In this document: piece by piece, positions 29,024-39,509 of the stretch
Layout: each line of letters starts with the position of its first letter
Numbering within the stretch: the stretch's first letter is position 1
Assembly: GCA_964480885.1 (NCBI GenBank)
Contig: CAYZRV010000002.1
Span: 55,020-119,019, forward strand
Source: an uncultured Aquiluna sp.
Lineage (GTDB): Bacteria > Actinomycetota > Actinomycetes > Actinomycetales > Microbacteriaceae
Reading direction: 5' to 3'
DNA length: 64,000 nucleotides
Notes under the pieces: generated by a model
What the model saw: only the letters and a program-made list of their open reading frames with translations
The model's database searches: none
What the model was told of the DNA's origin: nothing
Made by a program: the position numbers and the translations under genes

Positions 29024-29686
29024 ATGAAGCCTGGAAGCACAGACAGAACCGAACTAAAACGTCTTTCTCACAAAGCCTCTGATAGCCAAGAGGATCTCTA
29101 TTCAATCCTTGATGACACCTTTGTCGCCCATGTTGGCGTTGTCGAGAATGGCCTTCCCCTTGTAATTCCCATGGCACATGGACGAAGTGGAAACAGACTC
29201 TACCTACATGGCTCAACTGGATCACGTCTAATGAGGCTCCTGGCAGCAAATCCCGATGTCTGCGTGAGCATCACCGAGCTGAATGCTCTGAAGATTGCTC
29301 GTTCAACTTTCAATACTGGAATGCATTATCGATCGGCAGTGATTTTTGGAAAAGCGAACCTAGTTTCCGATGAGGATAAGTTAGCCGCCCTCGACACCCT
29401 TAGTGATTCACTAATTCCCGGGCGCGTGAAAGAGGCAAGACCAACGACGAAGAAAGAACTGGCTGCAACAATCATCATCTGGCTCGAACTAAATGAGACA
29501 TCCGTGAAGATTTCAACAAACGAGGTCGATGATCCTGAAGAGGATATGAATCTTGGTTATTGGGCTGGCATATTGCCGCTCAAGACAGTTGCGCTTGAGC
29601 CAATTCCAGCGGATGACGAGTCAAGTAAGCTGCCGGTGCCTGAGAGCGTGCGAAGACTCATTGAGCGCTATTCAGAAATGCAGTAG
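29024..29686 (+). CDS. Pyridoxamine 5'-phosphate oxidase-family flavin-binding protein
   Basis: 220 aa with a split-barrel PNPOx-like sequence (AHVGVVENGLPLVIPMAHGR...LYLHGS). This is a family-level call only. Confidence 0.65.
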   Translation: MKPGSTDRTELKRLSHKASDSQEDLYSILDDTFVAHVGVVENGLPLVIPMAHGRSGNRLYLHGSTGSRLMRLLAANPDVCVSITELNALKIARSTFNTGMHYRSAVIFGKANLVSDEDKLAALDTLSDSLIPGRVKEARPTTKKELAATIIIWLELNETSVKISTNEVDDPEEDMNLGYWAGILPLKTVALEPIPADDESSKLPVPESVRRLIERYSEMQ

Positions 29687-31268
29687 CAAAGCTCTTTAGT
29701 CGACTTAGACCGTCTGTGTTTCCCTGGTACTGCAGGTAGCACTTGAGCTTGGGCTCTGTACCGCTGGGCCTAAAAATCATCCTGACTTTTTGGTTTTGGA
29801 GAATTACTGCATCGGTTCGCATGGAATCAGACTTGAGTAGGTCAGTTACCTCCAGCTCACCCTCAAACTCCTTTGGCGGATTGTCCCTAACTTTCGCCAT
29901 CACTTTTCCGATAACAGACAGATCACTAACTCTGATTGAAACCTGCCCAGTTGATACTTCTCCATATTTAGTAAAAAGATCGAGAAGATGATCTGCCAAG
30001 TTCTTGCCCTCTCGTTTGAGATTGGTAGCTATCTCGGCAATCAACAATGCAGCAGTGATGCCGTCCTTATCCGGCGTGTGAGAAGGGTCTACGCAGTAGC
30101 CAAGAGCCTCTTCGTAGCCAAACACCAGGTTGGGAACCTTAGAAATCCACTTGAACCCAGTCAAAGTCTGTTGGTAATTCAGGGAATAGTTTGATGCGAC
30201 TTTAGAGATGTCTGCCGACACAATGGAGTTTGCGAGCGCACCATCGCTTGCTCTAGCTGCGCAGTAATCAGCCAGTATCAGTCCGACTTCGTCTCCCGTT
30301 AGCATGCGCCATTTGCCGCTAACTGGGATTGCCACGGCCAGTCGATCAGCATCTGGATCATTGGCCAGAATCAAGTCTGATTGATTCTTTGTGGCAACCT
30401 CGTATGCCAGATCCATAGCCCCTGGCTCTTCTGGATTTGGAAAGCTAACTGTTGGAAAATTAGAATCCGGAATCATTTGGCTTTCAACTGGACTTATTGA
30501 ATAACCAGTCCTTTCGAAAATTTCTTTTACGACTGGCCATCCAACCCCGTGCAGAGATGTGTGGGTGATTCTGAGAGAGTTTCGACTTGGATTATTTTCT
30601 TCAATCAGAGAAATTGCCCTCTCGACGTAGAGTTCTATGTCTGACATCGAAAGCGGAGAGAAGTCCTCAGATTTTGCAATCTCTGAGAATTTCAAAGTTT
30701 GGTAGTTGTTGGATATGAGTTCTGCAATTTCTCTATCTTGAGGAGAAATCAGTTGTGATCCACCAAAGCGGCCTCCCAGGTAAACCTTGTAGCCGTTATC
30801 TCTGGGTGGATTGTGACTGGCGGTAACAACTATGGTTGCCGAAGATCCAAGCCTCCGGCCAGTAAAGGCTGCCACGGGAGTTGGAACTCTGGTTTCAAAA
30901 ATAAGTGCCTTGACGCCATTTCCAGCCAGAATTTGTGCGGTGTCTCGAGCAAAAATGTCGGAGTTCTCTCGACCGTCATACCCAATTACGACGCTGAGAT
31001 CTCCATCAGAATCGAGGTATTCGGCTCTGTTGGCCTTTAGAAACTGAGCAATGGCTAGCGCGGCGTAGCCCACAACCACGCGGTTCATGCGGTTGGGCCC
31101 CGCTCCCAATTCACCTCGCAGGCCAGCCGTCCCGAATTGCAGTAGGCCCATGAATCGATCCTCTAGTTCAGTGGTGTTGCCTGAGGAAATCAGTGCGTCT
31201 AGTTCAGCTTTCGTTACTGGATCCGGGTCGTGCTCGACCCAAGACTTAGCTCTATCAATCAGAGTCAT
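29658..31268 (-). CDS. Phospho-sugar mutase (phosphomannomutase/phosphoglucomutase family, PmmB-like)
   Basis: 536 aa with the active-site loop TASHNPPRDNGYKV and the metal loop DPDADR. It is adjacent to the PNP gene, as in M. tuberculosis Rv3308/Rv3307. Confidence 0.85.
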   Translation of the reverse strand: MTLIDRAKSWVEHDPDPVTKAELDALISSGNTTELEDRFMGLLQFGTAGLRGELGAGPNRMNRVVVGYAALAIAQFLKANRAEYLDSDGDLSVVIGYDGRENSDIFARDTAQILAGNGVKALIFETRVPTPVAAFTGRRLGSSATIVVTASHNPPRDNGYKVYLGGRFGGSQLISPQDREIAELISNNYQTLKFSEIAKSEDFSPLSMSDIELYVERAISLIEENNPSRNSLRITHTSLHGVGWPVVKEIFERTGYSISPVESQMIPDSNFPTVSFPNPEEPGAMDLAYEVATKNQSDLILANDPDADRLAVAIPVSGKWRMLTGDEVGLILADYCAARASDGALANSIVSADISKVASNYSLNYQQTLTGFKWISKVPNLVFGYEEALGYCVDPSHTPDKDGITAALLIAEIATNLKREGKNLADHLLDLFTKYGEVSTGQVSIRVSDLSVIGKVMAKVRDNPPKEFEGELEVTDLLKSDSMRTDAVILQNQKVRMIFRPSGTEPKLKCYLQYQGNTDGLSRLKSFATAFLNSAQ

Positions 31269-32090
31269 TTAGAACCTTGCGACTATCTCCGCAAGTAACT
31301 TGGAGATCTTTGATTCCGCTGCTTTTCCTGCAGCGATAACTTCCTCGTGGCTAAGCGGGGTCGTTTGAATTCCAGCTGCCAAATTCGTAATGAGAGACAT
31401 TCCAATTACCTCCATGCCGCTTTCTCGGGCGGCAATTGCCTCGAGCGCAGTGGACATTCCTACGATGTGACCGCCCATGTGTTTGGCCATTTGAACTTCA
31501 GCGGGGGTCTCGTAGTGTGGACCGCGGAATTGAACATAGACACCCTCGTCCAAACTTGGATCAACTTCCCGGGCAACAGCTCTCAGTCGCTTTGAGTAGA
31601 GATCAGTGAGGTCAACGAAATTAGCCCCCTCGAGAGGTGAAGATGCGGTGAGGTTAATGTGATCCGAAATTAGCACGGCCACCCCACCCTGCCACTCAGG
31701 TTTTATTCCTCCAGCACCATTTGTCAAAACCATTATCTTGGCACCGGTTTTGGCAGCAGTTCTAACCGAGTGAACCACAGCACGAACACCATGGTTTTCG
31801 TAGAAGTGGGTACGAGCCCCAATCACCAATGCGTGTTTTCCATTCGGCAATCTGATTGATCTGATGGTTCCCACATGGCCCACTACCGCTGGTTTGTGAA
31901 AGCCTGGAACTTCATTGGCGGGGATTTCACTAACCGTCTCACCAATCAAATCGGCCGCCTTGGACCAGCCAGAACCCAATGTGAGGGCTAGGTCGTGACG
32001 GGGAACACCGGACTTTTCAGCGATTACTTTTGCTGCCTTTTCGGCAAACTCGAAGGGATTAACGCCTTCTTCATTTAGAGGGTGAGCCAT
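31269..32090 (-). CDS. punA: Purine nucleoside phosphorylase (trimeric PNP family)
   Basis: Motifs GSGWS, VGHVG, RTHFYE and VGMSTALE. I prefer the start MAHPLNEE at 32090, because the ORF-track start at 32159 overlaps the divergent gene. Confidence 0.9.
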   Translation of the reverse strand: MAHPLNEEGVNPFEFAEKAAKVIAEKSGVPRHDLALTLGSGWSKAADLIGETVSEIPANEVPGFHKPAVVGHVGTIRSIRLPNGKHALVIGARTHFYENHGVRAVVHSVRTAAKTGAKIMVLTNGAGGIKPEWQGGVAVLISDHINLTASSPLEGANFVDLTDLYSKRLRAVAREVDPSLDEGVYVQFRGPHYETPAEVQMAKHMGGHIVGMSTALEAIAARESGMEVIGMSLITNLAAGIQTTPLSHEEVIAAGKAAESKISKLLAEIVARF

Positions 32091-32142
32091 GTTTTCAAGT
32101 GTAGTTCTAAACGAAAATGCTCGATTTACGCCACAATTATCC

Positions 32143-33556
32143 GGTGGCTCAAAACTCAATCCCTGGACGAATAGTCATTATTGGCGGTGGCCCAGGGGGC
32201 TATGAGGCTGCCAGAACTGCCAGGCAGTTGGGTGCTGAAGTCGTCCTGATCGAAGAAAATGGAATCGGCGGCAACGCTGTCCTTACGGATGTTGTTCCTT
32301 CCAAGACACTCATTGCTACCGCCGAGGCAGCGCAAGAGATCGAACTGGCAAAGCATCTTGGCATCACATTCAGTTTTGAAGGTAAGAAAATAAAACCTCA
32401 CGTTGAAGTTGATATCCCCGCGATGAACCAGCGCCTTCTATCTTTGGCAAAGAGTCAGTCTGAAGAGATGACCTCAATCCTCTCTCGAGAAGGGGTCGAA
32501 GTTATTCACGCCAGGGCCAGACTTGAAGGAAATCACCACGTGGTCTACCAACAAGATGGAAAAGAGACCAAGCTCGAAGCCAAGACAATCATCGTCGCTG
32601 TTGGTGCATCACCCAGAGAGTTACCGGATGCAAAGACTGATGGAGAGAGAATCCTCAACTGGAAGCAGCTCTACAATCTGTCCGAAATCCCAGAACACCT
32701 AATTGTTGTTGGTTCAGGTGTGACAGGCGCTGAGTTTGCCTCTGCCTATCTTCAACTTGGTTCAAAGGTAACCCTCGTTTCTTCAAGAGAAAAAGTTTTA
32801 CCCGGTAATGATGAGGATGCTGCTGCGTTAATCGAGCAAGTATTTGAAAATGCGGGAATGAACCTGCTGAAGTCGACGCGCGCCAAGCGTGTCACAAACA
32901 CAGGTTCGGGTGTCGAGGTTGAGCTATCCAATGGCGAGAAGATTAATGGCTCCCACTGTCTTATGGCCGTTGGTGCAACACCAAACACCAAAGGTCTTGG
33001 GCTTGAAGAGGCGGGTATACAGCTAGCAGAAGACGGCAGGGTAATAGTCAACAAGGTTGCCCGAACCTCCAGAGCAAATGTCTATGCGGTGGGGGATTGC
33101 TCCACCTCAATTCCGCTAGCTTCAGTTTCGGCAATGATGGGACGCACAGCCGTGTATCACACCCTCGGTGATGTTGCATCACCTACCAGGTTGAGGAACG
33201 TCGCATCAAACGTCTTTACCAGTCCTGAGATAGCCCAGGTTGGTTGGTCCCAGCAGGACATAAAAGATGGCTTGGTTCGAGGTCAAATACATCAGGTCAA
33301 CTTAGGAACAAATCCAAGGGCCAAGATGCAGGGACTTGAGGATGGATTTATCAAGCTGTTTGCTTCGACAGTTTCGGGAACAGTTTTAGGCGGGGTGGTT
33401 GTCTCCCCTAAGGCATCTGAGTTGATCTATCCAATTGCTGTAGCGGTTGAAAACAGACTGACTGTTGATCAGCTTGCCAAGACATACACCGTCTATCCAT
33501 CGCTATCTGGTGCAATTGCCGAAGCTTCCAGCGCTTTGCATCCGTCTATCGACTAG
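32143..33556 (+). CDS. Pyridine nucleotide-disulfide oxidoreductase, LpdA-like NAD(P)H dehydrogenase (quinone)
   Basis: FAD fold [14 protein letters not shown], second Rossmann fold [12 protein letters not shown] and a C-terminal dimerisation domain. There is no CxxxxC redox disulfide after the first fold, as in M. tuberculosis Rv3303c. The start is uncertain: GTG at 32143 is preferred and the ORF-track start is 32117. Confidence 0.8.
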
Positions 33557-35322
33557 TCGAGGATATCTAAGAGCCTGGTACCGGCAGATATCGTCGCACC
33601 AACTTGAACACCGATGTTGCTAATCTTTCCTGCGCGGTGGGCAGTTAGCGGCTGCTCCATTTTCATTGCTTCAAGAACCACCACCAGGTCACCCTCTTGA
33701 ACCATGGTTCCTTCAGAGACTGAAAGCTTCACAACAGTTGCCTGCATTGGAGCAAGGAGTGAGTTTCCCCGAGCTCCGGTGTGAGTTGTCGCATGTTGAG
33801 TTTTTCTTCTCTTGTGCATGTTTGGCAGTGCCGAGGATTCGCCTGTCACCAAAAAGCGGGGAACGTTAACTGAAAGTCTTTTACCCTCTACCTCAACCAC
33901 AATTTCCTTCAACGCAGGCGAAGCGGCAACGTCCTCCTGCTGTCCCGTCCAAGGCTCAATTGGGTTGGTCCAATCCGTCTCAATCCAGCGAGTGTGAACC
34001 AAGAATTGGCCATCATCAGCAGCAAAGGCAGGATCATTCACAATCAGTCTGTGAAACGGTAGGACAGTTGGCAGACCGTGCACTTGCATTTCACCTAGAG
34101 CTCGCCTAGCTCGTTGCAAGGCCTGGCTTCTATCGCTCCCCGTCACAATCAGCTTGGCCATCATCGAGTCAAAGTTTCCTGAAATTGAGTCCCCGGAAAC
34201 CACTCCGGAATCAAGTCGTATTCCGGGTCCTGAGGGGGCAACAAACTGATGAATGGGGCCGGGGGAGGGAAGAAAGTTTCGTCCCGGATCTTCACCATTT
34301 ATTCTGAATTCAAATGAGTGACCTGAGACTTTAGGGTCTGGGTAGTCGAGCTTGCCGCCCTCGGCAATTCTGAACTGCTCCCTGACAAGGTCAATCCCTG
34401 TAACTTCTTCAGAGACTGGATGCTCAACCTGCAGTCTTGTGTTTACCTCCAGGAACGAAATTGTTCCATCCTTGGCGACCAGGAACTCACAGGTTCCTGC
34501 CCCGACATATCCAACTTCCTTCAAAATCTTCTTGGAGGCTTCATAAAGTTCTTTTACCTGTGAATCGGAAAGAAAAGGCGCTGGAGCTTCCTCGACTAGC
34601 TTCTGATGTCTGCGCTGGAGCGAACAATCTCTGGTGGAAACCACAACAACATTGCCGAACTCGTCGGCCAGACATTGAGTCTCAACATGTCGAGGCTTCT
34701 CCAAGTACTTCTCTATGAAGCATTCACCTCTACCAAAAGCAGTTACGGCCTCACGTGTTGCTGATTCAAAAAGTTCTTTGATTTCACTTTGTTCTCGAAC
34801 AACCTTGATACCACGACCACCGCCTCCATAGGCTGCCTTGATTGCTACGGGTAATCCATTTTTCGCAACAAATTCTTCAACTTCTTTCACATCAGCTACC
34901 GGATCCTTAGTTCCAGGGGCCAATGGTGCTCCGACTTTCTCCGCTATTTTTCTGGCGGATAACTTGTCTCCGAGTTTTTCAATGGCTTGTGCTGACGGAC
35001 CAACCCAAATCAAGCCAGCCTCAGTAACCGCAGTTGCGAACGCAGCATTTTCGGACAGGAATCCATATCCCGGGTGAACAGCGTTGGCCCCAGATCTCTT
35101 GGCGATGGAAATAAGTTTTTCGATGACCAGATAGGTTTCCGCCGCGGTTTCGCCTCCCAGCGAGTAAGCCTCATCGGCCGCTCTGACGTGCTGGGCATCG
35201 CGGTCACTGTTCGCGTAAACAGCGACTGTCTGGATGCCACTGTCTTTGGCGGCCCTGATGATTCGAATGGCAATCTCACCGCGATTAGCAATTAGAAGCT
35301 TGTTGATTTTTCGCTCGGCCAT
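33553..35322 (-). CDS. Acetyl/propionyl-CoA carboxylase alpha subunit (biotin carboxylase + BCCP), AccA3-like
   Basis: 589 aa with an ATP-grasp biotin carboxylase ([18 protein letters not shown]) and the C-terminal biotinyl motif EAMKME. Confidence 0.9.
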   Translation of the reverse strand: MAERKINKLLIANRGEIAIRIIRAAKDSGIQTVAVYANSDRDAQHVRAADEAYSLGGETAAETYLVIEKLISIAKRSGANAVHPGYGFLSENAAFATAVTEAGLIWVGPSAQAIEKLGDKLSARKIAEKVGAPLAPGTKDPVADVKEVEEFVAKNGLPVAIKAAYGGGGRGIKVVREQSEIKELFESATREAVTAFGRGECFIEKYLEKPRHVETQCLADEFGNVVVVSTRDCSLQRRHQKLVEEAPAPFLSDSQVKELYEASKKILKEVGYVGAGTCEFLVAKDGTISFLEVNTRLQVEHPVSEEVTGIDLVREQFRIAEGGKLDYPDPKVSGHSFEFRINGEDPGRNFLPSPGPIHQFVAPSGPGIRLDSGVVSGDSISGNFDSMMAKLIVTGSDRSQALQRARRALGEMQVHGLPTVLPFHRLIVNDPAFAADDGQFLVHTRWIETDWTNPIEPWTGQQEDVAASPALKEIVVEVEGKRLSVNVPRFLVTGESSALPNMHKRRKTQHATTHTGARGNSLLAPMQATVVKLSVSEGTMVQEGDLVVVLEAMKMEQPLTAHRAGKISNIGVQVGATISAGTRLLDILD

Positions 35323-35396
35323 AATCGGATAGCTTATTGGGCTAAAAGCCTGGGAATTTATAAGGATTCAACAAAAAAACAAAGGTTTTGTTGAGA

Positions 35397-35990
35397 TTAT
35401 CGCCAGAAGTCCTGGTAGTTATATCCCAGTTTGGACATCAGATTGCGCAGTCCCACCAGAGAAAGGCCGACGACAGTGTGGTAGTCGCCCTCAATCTTTT
35501 CAATGTAGCTGCCGCCAATGGAGTCAATCGTGAAGGCCCCGGCTACCCCAAGGGGCTCGCCGGTTGCCACATATTTCTCAATTTCCTGATCGCTGATTTC
35601 AGCAAACTTAACCCTGGTTTTCGTAGCCAAAGATGCACTTGCCGTTGGAGAGATGAGGTGATGGCCAGATACCAAAGTCCCCCACTCACCACGCATTTCC
35701 TTCCAGCGATCTATTGCTAATTGTGGAATTAGTGGTTTGCCGAGGATTTCGCCACCAAATTCAAGTGCGCTATCACACCCAAGAATTAGCTCTGCATCCG
35801 TTTTTCCCACTACCGCCTTTGCCTTGGCCTCTGCCAACAAAATAGTTAGTTCTTCTGCTGTTTGCGGCGAGTGTTCCGTGACCATCGCATCCTCGTCCAC
35901 TCCTGGCGAAAACGTCTCAAACAATAGATTTGCGTCAGTCAGCAGTTTTTTTCTTGCGGGAGATGTAGAGGCAAGCATCAGTTTGGGCAC
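35397..35990 (-). CDS. maf: Maf-like nucleoside triphosphate pyrophosphatase
   Basis: 197 aa with LASTSPARKKLL at the N-terminus and AGAFTIDSIGG near the C-terminus. Confidence 0.9.
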   Translation of the reverse strand: MPKLMLASTSPARKKLLTDANLLFETFSPGVDEDAMVTEHSPQTAEELTILLAEAKAKAVVGKTDAELILGCDSALEFGGEILGKPLIPQLAIDRWKEMRGEWGTLVSGHHLISPTASASLATKTRVKFAEISDQEIEKYVATGEPLGVAGAFTIDSIGGSYIEKIEGDYHTVVGLSLVGLRNLMSKLGYNYQDFWR

Positions 35991-36021
35991 GAAACTAGGT
36001 TAGCTGTGAAACACTAGGCGG

Positions 36022-37164
36022 GTGACAGTTGAACTGAAAATCGAGAAGGTCGCTCACGGGGGAGTGTTTGTCGCTCGACCTGAAGGCAAGGTTGTATTTG
36101 TCGAATCGGTTCTTCCAGGCGAGGTGATTGAGGCCGAAATAGTTGAGGAGAAATCAAGCTATCTCAGGGCAGTGCCCACCAAGATTTTGCAAGCAAGTCC
36201 CTACCGGCAGGAGCACATTTGGCAAGACGCTCAAAAAGGCGCAGGGGGAGCTGACTTTGGACATATTCAGCTTGACTATCAAAGGAAACTTAAAACCGAA
36301 GTCCTGCAGGAAGCGCTAGTTCGATTTGCCAAACTTGAATATCTGCTTGAGGTTCAGGCCTTAGACAACACCGACGGCCTTCACTATCGAACTCGAGCCC
36401 AGGTTCACTATGACAACAGAGCAAATGCTGCGGTGATGAGGGCCAGGTCAGAGGAACTTATTCAAGTGCGATCACTTCCGCTAGTCGATGAAGTGCTGGC
36501 TGACCAGGCAATCAAAAACCCAAAGAAGTACTCAGGAAAGCGAGTTTCTTTCGCCATAGATTCATTTAAGAACGTGATTGACTCAGAGGCGTCTCCGGGA
36601 ACTGTCCTGGCGCAGATTGTGGGCGAGAGACTCTTTGAACTCTCCCCGGGCACCTTCTGGCAAGCTCACCGCCATGCACCTGAGGTCCTCTGGGGAAAGG
36701 TGTCCGAGCGACTTGAAGAATTGGTCGTGGATGACGTTCTCGATCTTTACTCCGGTGTTGGGCTCTTTGCAGCCAGCATTGCCCAGATGTATCCCGACGC
36801 AAAAGTTACTGCCGTTGAACTAAACAAGCAGGCGGTCAAGGATGGGAAAAAGAGTGCAAAAGATCTAAAGAATCTGAAGTTTGAAGTTTCAGATGTACTT
36901 GTCTATCTTCGCTCTAGAACCCAACCTATATCACTAGTTGTCTTAGATCCGCCTAGGTCCGGGGCAAACAACAAAGTGCTCGGCCACATAGCCAGGCTTC
37001 AAGCAAAGAACATTATTTATGTTGCATGTGATCCTGTTGCGGCGGCAAGAGACATATCCCAGCTAGCTGAACTCGGTTATGAGGTAACAAATATCTCATC
37101 GTTTGATCTTTTCCCTCACACGCATCACTTCGAGACGGTGGTGTCATTTCAAAGGATGATCTAG
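36022..37164 (+). CDS. TrmA/RlmD-family RNA (uracil-5-)-methyltransferase with N-terminal TRAM domain
   Basis: 380 aa with TRAM-like VAHGGVFVARPEGKVVFV, SAM motif LDLYSGVGLF, VLDPPRSG and the catalytic Cys context YVACDP. Confidence 0.85.
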   Translation: MTVELKIEKVAHGGVFVARPEGKVVFVESVLPGEVIEAEIVEEKSSYLRAVPTKILQASPYRQEHIWQDAQKGAGGADFGHIQLDYQRKLKTEVLQEALVRFAKLEYLLEVQALDNTDGLHYRTRAQVHYDNRANAAVMRARSEELIQVRSLPLVDEVLADQAIKNPKKYSGKRVSFAIDSFKNVIDSEASPGTVLAQIVGERLFELSPGTFWQAHRHAPEVLWGKVSERLEELVVDDVLDLYSGVGLFAASIAQMYPDAKVTAVELNKQAVKDGKKSAKDLKNLKFEVSDVLVYLRSRTQPISLVVLDPPRSGANNKVLGHIARLQAKNIIYVACDPVAAARDISQLAELGYEVTNISSFDLFPHTHHFETVVSFQRMI

Positions 37165-37457
37165 TGGCGATACCATCAGACTTTGGAGCTCCACTCGGCA
37201 ACGGTGCACGAGAGTTTTTAGTTTGTATTGAACGAGCATCGAGTCGTTCTGTATCAATCAGTTTTATCGATGAGGGTGGATTTGATGGCGCTACATCACA
37301 AGAAGTTGAACTTATCTTTCAAAAGCTCGCAAGACAGATAGATCAACTATCAAACTGTCGAGTATTGATTCGTCTTGCAAAACACGAAAGCTATCGGGTA
37401 TCTCTTGCGACTACCAATACGTCAACAGGTTTTCCCGAGAGATTGATTAGATTTTGA
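37164..37457 (+). CDS. Hypothetical small protein (97 aa), no recognisable family
   Basis: The GTG start overlaps the stop of the TrmA-like gene (TAGTG). The ORF is AT-rich and followed within 11 nt by a stem-loop. Coding status is unproven. Confidence 0.35.
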   Translation: MAIPSDFGAPLGNGAREFLVCIERASSRSVSISFIDEGGFDGATSQEVELIFQKLARQIDQLSNCRVLIRLAKHESYRVSLATTNTSTGFPERLIRF

Positions 37458-37485
37458 CAAAAGAAAAGGGACGACTAATCGTCCC
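37456..37485 (-). terminator. Intrinsic terminator, probably for the accD5-accE operon and possibly bidirectional
   Basis: GGGACGA (37468-37474) pairs with TCGTCCC (37479-37485) around loop CTAA. On the minus strand the hairpin is followed by CTTTTCTTTTGT. Confidence 0.5.
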
Positions 37486-37589
37486 TAGGTTCTTTCCCCG
37501 TTTGGTCCGCAACCCTTCTTTGCGTCACGACCCTATGAGCAGGATAAATATACAAATCGGTTGCCAGCCAGTCTTTTGTAAAGATTTCG

Positions 37590-37796
37590 TCAGATTGTTA
37601 TCTGACTTCTCCAAGGGCCTCTCAAGCCTTCTCTCAGGGCCATCCGACTCTTCCAATCAGAGGTCTGCTGACCAACTGAACTATGGGTTTGGGCCAAAAG
37701 GGCGCTAATTACCGCGAGTGCTGCTGCTTGCTCCTCGTCCGTGCCCCCGGTCACCTTTAGCAGCTTGGAGATTTCTTCGTTGGAGTTCTTTGTCAT
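37590..37796 (-). CDS. Acyl-CoA carboxylase epsilon subunit (AccE5-like)
   Basis: 68 aa. The ATG overlaps the stop of the beta-subunit gene (TAATG). The sequence VTGGTDEEQAAALAVISALL matches the typical epsilon-subunit pattern (NPTxEELAALxAVL). Confidence 0.65.
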   Translation of the reverse strand: MTKNSNEEISKLLKVTGGTDEEQAAALAVISALLAQTHSSVGQQTSDWKSRMALREGLRGPWRSQITI

Positions 37797-39385
37797 TACA
37801 GCGGTATGTTTCCGTGTTTTTTGGGGGGCAGTGATGCTCGTTTGGTCTTCAGTGCCCGAAGGGAGCGAATGATGGCAGACCTGGTTGCGGCCGGTTCGAT
37901 GATTCCATCTAGCTCTCCCCGCTCTGCTGCTAGGAATGGACTAGCAACGTTGTAGGTGTATTCCTTGGCGAGTTGGTCTCTCACCTGGCTAATGTCTTGG
38001 CCTTTTTCTTCGGCCTGTTTGATTTGATCTCGGAAGAGAATGTTGACTGCTCCTTGTCCACCCATGACGGCAATTTCCGCCGTTGGCCAGGCAAGGTTTA
38101 TGTCAGCGCCAAGTTGCTTGGAGCCCATGACGATGTATGCGCCACCATATGCCTTACGGGTTATCACAGTCACCAGTGGAACTGTGGCCTCGGCATAGGC
38201 GTAGAGAAGCTTGGCACCTCTTCGTATAACTCCCGCCCACTCCTGATCGGTGCCAGGTAAGTAACCAGGAACATCGACAAGGGTCAGAATGGGAATCGAG
38301 AAAGCGTCACAGAACCTGACGAATCTAGCGGCCTTCTCACCAGCATCGATGTTTAGTGTTCCAGCCATCTGCAACGGTTGGCTTGCAACGATTCCAACAG
38401 ACTGTCCGTCGACTCGAGCAAACCCAACAATTATGTTTGGAGCAAAGAGAGGCTGGATTTCTAAAAACTCACCGTCATCGACCACTGTTTCAATAACAGT
38501 GTGCATGTCGTATGGCTGGTTGGGGCTGTCTGGAATAAGAGTGTTTAGCTTGCGATCTGACTCGGTGATTTCCAATTCAGCGTCGGTTTGAAATTTGAGG
38601 CTTTCGGAAAGATTGTTCTCGGGCAGATATCCAACCAGCGCCTGCACAAAGTCAATCGCATCCTCTTCGTCCGTTGCTAGGTAGTGGGCAACACCGGAGG
38701 TTTCATTATGAGTTCTTGCTCCGCCGAGATCTTCCATTCCGACGTCTTCGCCGGTAACAGTCTTGATTACGTCAGGACCAGTGACGAACATATTTGAAGT
38801 CTTATCCACCATGATCACGAAGTCCGTGAGTGCGGGTGAATAAACAGCACCTCCCGCAGCTGGACCCATGATTATAGATATTTGTGGTATCACTCCTGAT
38901 GCATGAGTGTTCAGTCTAAAAATCTCACCGTATTTCCCAAGAGCTATCACTCCCTCTTGAATACGTGCGCCGCCGGAATCAAGAATTCCAATTAGGGGAA
39001 CGCCTGTCTTGATGGCGTGCTCCATGACTTTAATAATCTTGTTTCCAGCAGCTTCACCCAGAGAACCGCCAAAGATTGTGAAGTCTTGAGAGTAGACGGC
39101 AACCTGCCGACCGTGAATAGTTCCAAATCCTGTGACTACAGAATCACCATAAGGACGCTTGGCATCCATTCCGAAGGAATTTGCACGATGGCGGACAAAC
39201 TCATCCATTTCAACAAATGAGCCTGCATCAAGCAGCATGGCGATTCTCTCGCGAGCTGTCTTCTTTCCCTTCGCGTGCTGTTTCTGAACGGCTGCTTCGC
39301 CAGCGGCATGAACAGCCTCGTGATAGCGATGCTTGAGGTCGTCTAATTTGCCTTGAGTCGTGCTCAAGTCAGGTTTTTCGCTCAT
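37796..39385 (-). CDS. Acyl-CoA carboxylase beta subunit (carboxyltransferase; AccD5/PccB-like)
   Basis: 529 aa with carboxyl transferase N and C domains ([41 protein letters not shown]). Confidence 0.95.
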   Translation of the reverse strand: MSEKPDLSTTQGKLDDLKHRYHEAVHAAGEAAVQKQHAKGKKTARERIAMLLDAGSFVEMDEFVRHRANSFGMDAKRPYGDSVVTGFGTIHGRQVAVYSQDFTIFGGSLGEAAGNKIIKVMEHAIKTGVPLIGILDSGGARIQEGVIALGKYGEIFRLNTHASGVIPQISIIMGPAAGGAVYSPALTDFVIMVDKTSNMFVTGPDVIKTVTGEDVGMEDLGGARTHNETSGVAHYLATDEEDAIDFVQALVGYLPENNLSESLKFQTDAELEITESDRKLNTLIPDSPNQPYDMHTVIETVVDDGEFLEIQPLFAPNIIVGFARVDGQSVGIVASQPLQMAGTLNIDAGEKAARFVRFCDAFSIPILTLVDVPGYLPGTDQEWAGVIRRGAKLLYAYAEATVPLVTVITRKAYGGAYIVMGSKQLGADINLAWPTAEIAVMGGQGAVNILFRDQIKQAEEKGQDISQVRDQLAKEYTYNVASPFLAAERGELDGIIEPAATRSAIIRSLRALKTKRASLPPKKHGNIPL

Positions 39386-39509
39386 GGGCTCCTCGTTCGA
39401 GTGACTACTTTATTGCCGTTTCTGGGCCAGTAATTGCAGACTTTGGACAAAGAGATAAAGAAATCATTGCGGATACCTACAAGAATTGCCCGTGCAATAG
39501 GGTTTTGTC

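Noticed and set aside
37454-37708. Plus-strand 84-aa ORF
   Set aside because: It overlaps the terminator hairpin and runs antisense through the accE-like gene, which has a coupled TAATG start and an epsilon-subunit-like sequence. There is no SD and no recognisable family.
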